IMG/VR virus record: IMGVR_UViG_3300008740_000006
Location: 1 to 62,221 of that record
Source: a virus
Taxonomy: Duplodnaviria; Caudoviricetes
Length of the DNA stretch: 62,221 nt
Reading direction: 5' to 3' (one strand)
In this document: positions 1 to 7,386 of the stretch, one piece after another
Layout of the letters: the number at the start of each line of letters is the position of its first letter
How positions within the stretch are numbered: position 1 is the first letter of the stretch
The notes under the pieces: model-generated
Seen by the model: the letters and a program-made list of their open reading frames with translations, nothing else
What the model was told of the DNA's origin: nothing
The model's database searches: none
Program-made: the position numbers and the translations under genes

Positions 1-615
1 ACCATCGTCCCCCTGGTCACCGGAGTCACCATCGTCACCAGAGTCGCTCGACTCTTCATCCGACTTGGTGCCGACACCATCACCCTTCTTGTCACCGGGC
101 TCATCACCAACGGGTCCGTTTTCGTAACCGGGCTGGCCCGGTCCATCGTCGCCACCGGGTTGCCCGCCAGTGGGCGGCTTCTTCCCGAAGAGTTCGTCAT
201 GAACTCTCTCTTCTGACCAACCCTTGAACCGATGATTGATCAACCCGTCTTTCGGGAGAGCGGCGTTGATGGCAGGGCCAACCTCTTCAACTAGCAAGTT
301 GATGACGTAATCGAATGACTGGTTCGATTGCTCCGGGTCTGCATCGGGCAATCGGTACGAGTGACCGAAGACCACATGCAAGCACTCATGAGTGAGGAGT
401 CCTCGGCGTTGTGCGTAGGTGAGAGAGCGCCAGAACTTCGGGTTCACGAGCAGATTGACTCCGTTCGTTGCCGCAGTCGGTACAGGCATCCCTCGGTACT
501 CATCGGTGACAACGACGATCAACTTGGCACAAACAGAAAGAGTGGATGCGATCTTCGGAGTGTTGATCAGGTTCGCGAGTTCGCGTTCGACCTCACGTTG
601 GATGTGCAGATTCAT
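1..615 (-). CDS. N-terminal half of DUF2201-type metallopeptidase/VWA protein (runs off the window start)
   Basis: Not in the ORF track because it lacks a stop in the window. ATG at 615 preceded by AAAGGAAA; reads MNLHIQRE...TAATNGVNLLVNPKFW...LLTHECLHVVFGH (HExxH)...DYVIN, then a G/D/S-rich linker to base 1. Confidence 0.85.
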   Translation of the reverse strand, partial: MNLHIQREVERELANLINTPKIASTLSVCAKLIVVVTDEYRGMPVPTAATNGVNLLVNPKFWRSLTYAQRRGLLTHECLHVVFGHSYRLPDADPEQSNQSFDYVINLLVEEVGPAINAALPKDGLINHRFKGWSEERVHDELFGKKPPTGGQPGGDDGPGQPGYENGPVGDEPGDKKGDGVGTKSDEESSDSGDDGDSGDQGDDG

Positions 616-655
616 GGTGTTTCCTTTTGTGGGATGTTCGTCGGGAAGAAAGGGT

Positions 656-695
656 GACGAAGAGGGAGAGGACCGAGGTCCCCTCCCTCTTCATC
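656..695 (-). promoter_or_regulatory. Long intergenic hairpin (~18-19 bp stem, two G-U pairs on minus strand), no U-tail; processing/stability element
   Basis: Minus strand GAUGAAGAGGGAGGGGACC-UC-GGUCCUCUCCCUCUUCGUC. Confidence 0.6.
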
Positions 696-705
696 GGTTG
701 GCTGG

Positions 706-1698
706 CTAGTTGCCGAGAACGTCTGCCAGGATCTCATCGGAAGACTTGATCGCTTCGACCTCACTCAGGATCGCATCGACCTTCACCTTCGCTTGCTTCC
801 TGCGCGCCTCGGATGAAGCACTCTTGCCACGCAAGTCTTCGGGATCGAGGGTCGCAACATCCTTCACGATCTTCGATGCAACCGCATCGAATGCCGGATC
901 GTTGTAGATGTTGAAACCGGGAAGGATCGAACTCAACTCAGCCAGAACCTTGAACCCTTCGTCGCGGAACGAACCCTTGCGCTCGCCCGTGTAGGTACCG
1001 AGTCGATCCGAGTACCAGTTGAGAGACTTCTCGATTCTCTCGATCACATCCCGGTGAGCCGAAGCAGCAAGCTTCTCATGTCGCGAGATCTCATCGGCTG
1101 CGAACTTCTTCGCTTGCTCGACAGAGCATCCAACTCGCACGTCATGCTCGGGATCGGGCAGCGGGTGCCACCGAAGAGTGAGCGAGTACTTCTCTCGCAA
1201 CTCTGCTTCGTCTGCGGGATAGAGACGCTCGTTGAAGAGCGTTCCGATCCCACCTTCGTAGCCGGGAGTCTTCGCGATCTCGATTGCTGCCTCTCGATCC
1301 TCTTCCTTCCTGGCGAGGATCGAAGGGACAACCTTCTGGAAGTAGAAGTCATCGAGGTTGGTTCGCGCGTTGTCGAACCAAGTCTGAACCTTGTCCGATT
1401 GGATGACCGGACAAATCCTGATGTTGTCTTCCAGACCGCACGCAGTCTGCGCTCGGAACGAAGAGCGCAACCCGGATCGAATCCTCGCAGCCTCTTGCAG
1501 TTCGGGAGTCGCAAACACGTTCACCTTCCCGGTGACGCGCCGCTTGTCCTTCACTTTGTACACCTCGGCAATGGTGTTGCCTACTTCCTTCACCGTCCGA
1601 AGTCCCGAAGGCATCGAGACGTGGAAGGTCACGCCGATGTGCGTAGCCTTGATGGTTTGGATCCTTGAGTGTTGGAGCGTGTTGTTCTTGATGGTCAT
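706..1698 (-). CDS. DUF3150-like protein (partner of AAA/VWA module)
   Basis: 330 aa, helical; YP..ELREKYSL, G.F.D and L..FNIYNDP motifs; lies between the AAA and VWA genes. Confidence 0.6.
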   Translation of the reverse strand: MTIKNNTLQHSRIQTIKATHIGVTFHVSMPSGLRTVKEVGNTIAEVYKVKDKRRVTGKVNVFATPELQEAARIRSGLRSSFRAQTACGLEDNIRICPVIQSDKVQTWFDNARTNLDDFYFQKVVPSILARKEEDREAAIEIAKTPGYEGGIGTLFNERLYPADEAELREKYSLTLRWHPLPDPEHDVRVGCSVEQAKKFAADEISRHEKLAASAHRDVIERIEKSLNWYSDRLGTYTGERKGSFRDEGFKVLAELSSILPGFNIYNDPAFDAVASKIVKDVATLDPEDLRGKSASSEARRKQAKVKVDAILSEVEAIKSSDEILADVLGN

Positions 1699-1742
1699 CG
1701 TGATGATGTTTCCTTTTGTTGTGTGTGTTGTGTTGGATGGAT

Positions 1743-1772
1743 GGAGGCGGGGGCTTCGATGCCCCCGCCCCT
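1743..1772 (-). promoter_or_regulatory. GC-rich intergenic hairpin without U-tail
   Basis: GGGGCGGGGGC-AUCGAA-GCCCCCGCCUCC on minus strand, followed by an AC-rich spacer and SD. Confidence 0.55.
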
Positions 1773-1785
1773 TGGTGCTTGGGAC

Positions 1786-2931
1786 TTAGAGTCCCTGGTG
1801 ATCAGCCTTGAACTCGCTGAACTCGTTGCACTGAGCGAACAACTCGTTCGCTTCGACGCATGCGGTGAACGCAAGAACTGCCTGCACCTCGGGCAGTCGC
1901 CCGAAGTACTTGATCAGCGCACCAGCCTGCTCGGGCTGGAGCGACTCGCCTTGCTTGCTCACCCAGCGCACGCAGTTGAACAACACTGCGTGCAGGTGAC
2001 CGAGTTCGCGGTTGCGCTGCGCCGCATAGGAAGTCGAGTCAGTTGCCTCGACACCCCTGTCGTATTGAACCTGCTCACCGTAACTATCGACATAGGTCGA
2101 TGCGCCGAACGGATCGGCAATGATCTCGGTGGGGCGCTGCACTTCCCGCGTGAACGATTCAAACTCCAAGTAGCTGGAGGTTGCATGCGTTCCAAGGTAG
2201 CCATCACCGACGATGCGCTTGGTTGCTTCGTCGGGGTCCAGCCAGAGAACATCCGAAAACTTTTCGGAGTCGCGCGGACTGAGGTTGGGGAGGTCACTGT
2301 TCGGATCGAACTCCGAGAAGAAAGAGAAGTTCGTCCACTGGTGCCAAGCGATCAACGCGGGATAGAAGTTGTTCGCCTTGGCGTGGAGAACCCAACCGTC
2401 TTCGCAAGCCTCGACCGGAACTTCGCAGAGCCGAGATTGAAGAGGCTCGATCAACTTGCTTGCACCGCAGTTGCTATCAGGATCGTTACCCGCGCAGATG
2501 TAGAGGACGTTGTCCGCAACAGGCTTGTCTTCCCATGCCCGGTCTTCGAAGAGACTGAGCAGGATCACCTGCGTCTCTTCAAGAGACGAAGGCAACTCAT
2601 CGAAGAAGACGATGACACCATCGTAGTCTTCTGCGTTCGGGACGCGACCTGCGAGGCGACCACTGGAGTAGTAGTCGAGTTCGCCGGTTTCCTTGTTCGG
2701 GACGTAGTACCCGAAGTCTACGCCGGTACTTCTGGAGAGGATGATGGTCACCAACAGATAGTTGGTGGAGGCAGCGTACTGCTTGACCACTGCGCTCTTG
2801 CCCAGGCCTGGGCCACCAGTCAGGAAGGGGATGATGCCGCCGGTCTTCACGTTGCCCTGCGTATTGCGGGCGAGTTCGAAGATCGGAGCAAGGTTGTCGA
2901 AGGTGAGTTTGACTCGCTGCTTGATACTCAT
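1786..2931 (-). CDS. MoxR/AAA_5-type AAA+ ATPase
   Basis: Walker A GGPGLGKS, Walker B IVFFDE, sensor ICAGN, Arg finger PLQSR, SPR motif. Confidence 0.9.
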   Translation of the reverse strand: MSIKQRVKLTFDNLAPIFELARNTQGNVKTGGIIPFLTGGPGLGKSAVVKQYAASTNYLLVTIILSRSTGVDFGYYVPNKETGELDYYSSGRLAGRVPNAEDYDGVIVFFDELPSSLEETQVILLSLFEDRAWEDKPVADNVLYICAGNDPDSNCGASKLIEPLQSRLCEVPVEACEDGWVLHAKANNFYPALIAWHQWTNFSFFSEFDPNSDLPNLSPRDSEKFSDVLWLDPDEATKRIVGDGYLGTHATSSYLEFESFTREVQRPTEIIADPFGASTYVDSYGEQVQYDRGVEATDSTSYAAQRNRELGHLHAVLFNCVRWVSKQGESLQPEQAGALIKYFGRLPEVQAVLAFTACVEANELFAQCNEFSEFKADHQGL

Positions 2932-2968
2932 GGTGATGGATGTTCCTTTTGTTGGAAGTTCGTTGGGT

Positions 2969-3044
2969 GTGCATCGTTCGATGCAGAGATCGCGCAGCGT
3001 CTAGCACTACGCGGTCCCTGCATCGGTCACTTGCGTGACCGATG
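2969..3044 (-). repeat. 76-bp structured intergenic repeat, copy 1
   Basis: 67/76 identical to 3388-3463; contains CAUCGGUCAC-GCAA-GUGACCGAUG hairpin. Confidence 0.9.
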
Positions 3045-3048
3045 TTTC

Positions 3049-3363
3049 TTACGCTTGCCAGTGATCCTCGTGGATCGTTTCGAAGCCATCGTCCTCGCAG
3101 ACATGCCATGACTTCACATGGTCAGGTATGTCGATGATTTCGAGTTCCGCGAAGTCACCATCGGCTCCCCGTCCAAGTTCCTCGACAACTGCGATCAATC
3201 GAGGATCGTCCCGCTTCGGATCCGTTTTGGGAGAACCCGTGAAGGTCCCGAGGTCTTCGCTGTAGAGGACGAACCACAAAAGCTTTGCAGCGTCCGACAG
3301 ATCGAAGCCACCATACTGCTTGCACAACACTGCCCTCTTTCCCGTTCCTCGTGCGAATGCCAT
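3049..3363 (-). CDS. Conserved small phage hypothetical protein
   Basis: ATG 3363 with AAAGGA SD; YGGFDLS...RDDPRLIAVVEELG...DDGFETIHE pattern common in phage early genes. Confidence 0.75.
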   Translation of the reverse strand: MAFARGTGKRAVLCKQYGGFDLSDAAKLLWFVLYSEDLGTFTGSPKTDPKRDDPRLIAVVEELGRGADGDFAELEIIDIPDHVKSWHVCEDDGFETIHEDHWQA

Positions 3364-3387
3364 GTGCGTGTCCTTTCGTTGGGGTGA

Positions 3388-3463
3388 GTGCATCGTTCGA
3401 TGCAGAGATCGCGCAGCAACGGACACTGCGTGATCCCTGCATCGGTCACTTGCGTGACCGATG
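3388..3463 (-). repeat. 76-bp structured intergenic repeat, copy 2
   Basis: Direct repeat of 2969-3044. Confidence 0.9.
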
Positions 3464-3469
3464 ACAGTG

Positions 3470-3682
3470 TTACGAGGCGACCGCAGTCGCCTCGATGAAG
3501 CTGACCTCTCGGCCAGCAGTGTTGAAAACCTGCTGCCACGCAGCAGTGATCGCGTCTTCGCGCGACTTGCAATCGGCATTGGGGCCGAAGGGAACGGTGA
3601 CCTCGATCACCGGGGGGTGGAGGACGGCACCCAGCGTGCCGCTCTTGTGGTTGTTGCGGAACTTAACGATGACGTTGTTCAT
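3470..3682 (-). CDS. Hypothetical protein (MNNVIVKF...)
   Basis: 3' part of ORF 3470..4132; ATG overlaps the stop of the upstream gene; GGGAG SD. Confidence 0.55.
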   Translation of the reverse strand: MNNVIVKFRNNHKSGTLGAVLHPPVIEVTVPFGPNADCKSREDAITAAWQQVFNTAGREVSFIEATAVAS

Positions 3683-4020
3683 TTGCTTCTCCCTTTCAGT
3701 GCTTCGATCACTTGGTCGAAGCGGTCGTAGGATTCCGGCGTGACGTAGAGGAGGGTCTGGGCTCGCGGATGCGCTTCGGCTTGCACCGATACCCAGGGCG
3801 GGACCTCGGTCGCGATTGCGAGGTGCGATAGGCGCGGGAAGTGCTTGCGGATCTTGATGCGAAGCGACGGGTCCACTTCGTCGCGTCGAGTCCAGCCACC
3901 ACTGTATGTGGTGAAGGTGGAGGTCATCGCGCATCCGTTGTGCGCATCGAGGATCATCAGCGCACGTTCGCTTCCTGCGCTCACGCGCAGCGTCTCGTTT
4001 CCAATCTTGATGGTTCGCAT
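3679..4020 (-). CDS. Hypothetical protein
   Basis: 113 aa, GGAG SD, tightly packed in operon. Confidence 0.6.
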   Translation of the reverse strand: MRTIKIGNETLRVSAGSERALMILDAHNGCAMTSTFTTYSGGWTRRDEVDPSLRIKIRKHFPRLSHLAIATEVPPWVSVQAEAHPRAQTLLYVTPESYDRFDQVIEALKGRSK

Positions 4021-4125
4021 CTACTTCTCTCCAAGTAGGTGCAGCCATGCGATGGCTGCGATGACGATGCACAAGCAAGCAGTGCTTGCGATGACAGTTG
4101 CGAGTCCTGCGATTGCAGGTGTCAT
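4021..4125 (-). CDS. Small membrane peptide (34 aa)
   Basis: MTPAIAGLATVIASTACLCIVIAAIAWLHLLGEK fills the gap exactly; ATGA overlap with upstream gene. Confidence 0.45.
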   Translation of the reverse strand: MTPAIAGLATVIASTACLCIVIAAIAWLHLLGEK

Positions 4126-4328
4126 GCTTCACCTTCCTTGTTCCACCAAGTCTGGTCGATGCCGCGACATTGCAGCCTTGCGTTGTGTCGCTCTACTAGA
4201 GCGGCGAGGCCTTTGATTCGTTCGACGTTCCGGTTGTGTTCCTTGGCCGCAGCGCGGACTGCCTCGGTCTTGCCAATCCATTCGTCAGTGGTGATGATCG
4301 GGACAGTATTCTCTTTGGTTCGTTCCAT
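4122..4328 (-). CDS. Hypothetical protein, first gene of the early operon
   Basis: 68 aa, CCAACGAAAGGAAA leader. Confidence 0.65.
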   Translation of the reverse strand: MERTKENTVPIITTDEWIGKTEAVRAAAKEHNRNVERIKGLAALVERHNARLQCRGIDQTWWNKEGEA

Positions 4329-4474
4329 GCCGGTGTTTCCTTTCGTTGGGTGAGTTGGGTGTGTCGCTATCAGTTTCGGTTTGCGATTGATCTTGTGTGA
4401 GAACCTCTACCCTCTCCCCCGAGCCGGGGGTTGTAGGCGTGCATCAGACGCCTCGTTAGTTGATTGGTAGATGC

Positions 4475-4591
4475 TGCCCCCAACAGGACTCGAACCTGTA
4501 TTTCCGAACCGTAAGGTTTTACCTCGTTGGTCAAACAAGGTTTAGGAGTTGACCAAACTCCACGGCGTCCTACCAGTTAGACGATGGGGAC
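4475..4591 (-). ncRNA. tRNA-like RNA (Glu/Gln-type body) with anticodon arm replaced by a structured insert
   Basis: Acceptor GUCCCCA/UGGGGGC+A, D arm GUCU-AACUGGUA-GGAC, T arm ACAGG-UUCGAGU-CCUGU; CCG/CGG stem encloses three hairpins; no anticodon loop and no encoded CCA. Confidence 0.85.
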
Positions 4592-6158
4592 TCACATTAG
4601 GTGTAACTCGCTTAGCTTCCATCCAAAGCAACACGCTTGTATGCATGCTGCATTGGATGGAACCCAAAAGGGTTCCCAGCGATGGAAGGTTGCATCGCTG
4701 CATCGTGCCCGTTGGTCTCAGGCTTCGCGGTATCCAGGCTGGCTGGAAGACGCTGCGAAGTTGCTGCACGGTTCGATCTGCATCACTGCGACTCGCGACC
4801 GCACACTAGCCTGCACTTGCGTGAAGGGGAACGAGCATGCCACTCACTCTCACGGTGAGGTGAGTGGGTGAGTGCATGACTGGCTCGCGTATGCGGTCGC
4901 GTGTCGCGACCACTGCAATTGATCGGTCTGCTTATGGTGCCGCCCCGGCGTTAGTGGATCGTTCTCCCGTGGACACCTTGCATTGAATCCTCAACTGCAT
5001 GCGTGCCTGCTTCGCGGTTGAAGCCATGAAGCGGATGCGCTGTCGGTGCCGCGACTCTCGATCAGTGGAGAGTCACGCGGACGGTGACGATGCGCGCACT
5101 GCGTGCGTTGAGGAAGTCAGGACCCCACTTTTACCGCCGGTATCCCGGGCGCGTGCAACCGCGCCGTCGACCGACTCCCCTCCCCGCTAGCGCAGGAAAG
5201 CCTCGGAAGTCCCTCGGACCCGGCTGCATGACACGCGCAGTCCTGCGCGCCGGTTCGGGACGAGAAGCTTATGAACCGCCTGCGCTCCCCGCGCCTGGAT
5301 CGCCCGCGTGCCCGTCGGCCCCGTAGCGGGTGTCCCGCTGCCGCTCACGCGCGGCAACAGGTAGTAGGATGCCCCAGGTTCCACCCAGGTTCCACCGGAT
5401 GAACCCGATACCTAGATAAGGAAACAAGACTTTGCCCCTTTCCCCTGCAATATCAGGCACTTAGAGCGATCCATGCCTGGGCCACTTTCTGGCCTGGACG
5501 GCCCTGGCTGCCTGGGTGCGCTCCACCTGGGCGACCCCGCCACACCCAAGTTGCGTGGCACATGCGTGTCACACATGCCGCACTCAAGTGGGATCGTTGT
5601 TAGGCGTAGCTTGTTTACGTCTGACCGAGTGCCGAGAGGAAGTGCGAAGGAACGAGCGGGTAGCAACGCTCTTTTTTACAGTGCTCCTACCAACTCATTG
5701 ATCTCATTGCTCTTGTTAGTCCGAGGGTCGTGCGTCTTCATCGGGTTGACTCGACGCTGGACTGCGTTGCTGCTTGGGTCAGGTGCGAAGCACATGCTCG
5801 GTTCCAAGCGAACCAGCAGTGGGTTGCGACAGTTGTCGCTGGGGAGTTGGCCGTCTCGATGAGACAAGAGACACCCTTCTTCTGGCACATGGGTTCAGCT
5901 AGATGGGGATGGTGGAAGTGGATGACTGGCACTGGTGCGTCGAGTAGTCCAGTGGTCCGCGAGTGGTCCGACTGAGCAGGACTGCTCGCTGAAACGAAGC
6001 TGCATGACACCGTAGTGAGTTGCCTGACATTGCCATGAGTTGGGTGCCTGCACTACTAGAACATGAGGGAGAAGGGCTGTAATGCCCGTTGCAGATAGGT
6101 AGGGAGAGGGTGTAGTTTGACCGGGTAATTAGGGTGACTAGTAGGGGTGATTAGAACG

Positions 6159-6638
6159 ATGGGAAACAAGTCGAATGTCGCTGACCCTGATCAGCTTACG
6201 ATCAAGCAACGCAAGTTCTGTGATGAACTAACGTCAGGCAATAGCTCAACCATGACCGCTGCTTATGCTGAAGCGTATGACGTTGTCCTCGACAACCCGA
6301 AGGCGAAGAGAAGGGCGAGTAGGGAAGCATCGAAGCTTGCGAAACACCCGGGGTGCGTATCCTATATGGAGCGCGCGAGGGCAGCGGTGGCGGCTCAACG
6401 ATCCCGCCGCGACCTGGGCACCCGGGAGATGGTGAAGCGTAGGCTCATCGAGGAGTCAGAGAGTGCCGACAAAGCCTCGGATCGGATCGCTGCTCTTCGC
6501 TTGTTAGGTCTTGAGGCATCGATGTTCACCGAGCGAGTCGAGGTGACCGATGATGCGAGCAAGCTGAGTGACAGTGAGGTGATTGCCGAGATCGAAGCGG
6601 CATTGCTCCAACTAACAAAGGGTGCAACTAACGAGTGA
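6159..6638 (+). CDS. terS: Terminase small subunit
   Basis: LTIKQRKFC...TAAYAEAY HTH, DRIAALRLLG...MFTERVE pattern; upstream of terL. Confidence 0.85.
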   Translation: MGNKSNVADPDQLTIKQRKFCDELTSGNSSTMTAAYAEAYDVVLDNPKAKRRASREASKLAKHPGCVSYMERARAAVAAQRSRRDLGTREMVKRRLIEESESADKASDRIAALRLLGLEASMFTERVEVTDDASKLSDSEVIAEIEAALLQLTKGATNE

Positions 6639-6724
6639 TGTACCCAGTAAGTGGTGCACCTAACAAGTGATGCAACTAACAATGGGTGCAACTAACAAGC
6701 GTTGTACCTAACAACCTAACAAGC
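6605..6724 (+). repeat. Seven degenerate 16-bp tandem repeats (consensus GGTGCAACTAACAAGT) plus a partial copy
   Basis: Units start at 6605, 6621, 6637, 6653, 6669, 6685 and 6701. Confidence 0.85.
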
Positions 6725-7386
6725 AGCAGTGCGGTGCATTCCCGGCTCGATGCGACCCGAGTCGGAGGGTGTTGGGGTTGAGGGTGCAGGGATGGACCCC
6801 GGAGGTTGGGATCCCCCAGGCCACGACCCGGTACCCCCGGTACCCCCCTTCCACAGAGAGCCCAGACGTTTTGGAAGGACACGATTCCAGACGCTGTACC
6901 ACCAATCTGGGTCCCCTATTTACACCACAACCCTGTCCCACATATCTGCCGCGACCCTAGTAGTTCAGATCTACGCGATGATTCTTCCCGGCACATTGAC
7001 CCACTATGAACATATGATTGTTCTTGTTTGTTATTGAACTTTTTTTCAAAAAGTTCTGAATGGCCTAAGTGCCGGACGAGGATACTCTTTTCCAGTTCAT
7101 GCATTAACAATGCAAATTTTTTAGGTTGCTTGTCAAGGGGGGGTGTGTGTTATGGTCTGAGCCACGCAGTACATTGGTTCATCGATATCTCTTTGAAAGT
7201 TTGTACTGACTTAACGGACTACTTCTCGCCCCCCGGGCCGTGTGGCCCGGAGGCGAGTACTTACTAGTGAGTAGTTCCTACTTAGTAGTTCTGTAGTAAC
7301 GAACCATATGAGCTATGGGGGGAATTGTACCCTCTGTTCGATTGTGTCTCCATAACCGAAGGCAAGGCTCCCCAAGCTATGCCTGA

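Noticed and set aside
1669-3111. 480-aa plus-strand ORF (also 61243..62016, 59489..60184 and similar)
   Set aside because: Antisense shadows of well-supported minus-strand genes, with no motifs or SD.
4365-4455. Hammerhead ribozyme (CUGAUG ... GAAA on the minus strand)
   Set aside because: CUGAUG is followed by C and lies in a hairpin loop; the three-stem core cannot be formed.
4475-4591. tmRNA or intron-containing ordinary tRNA
   Set aside because: It has a full D stem, C3-G70 rather than G3-U70, and no tag ORF. The insert (~55 nt) is far too short for a group I/II intron, and I found no removal that restores a canonical 5-bp stem with a 7-nt anticodon loop.
6605-6724. CRISPR array
   Set aside because: The repeats are contiguous 16-mers with no spacers and no cas operon; the PD-(D/E)XK gene sits in a recombination module.
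7126-7156. Sigma70 promoter for terL (TTGTCA...TGTTATGGT)
   Set aside because: The 15-bp spacing is suboptimal; it is plausible as an extended -10 but too weak to call from sequence alone.
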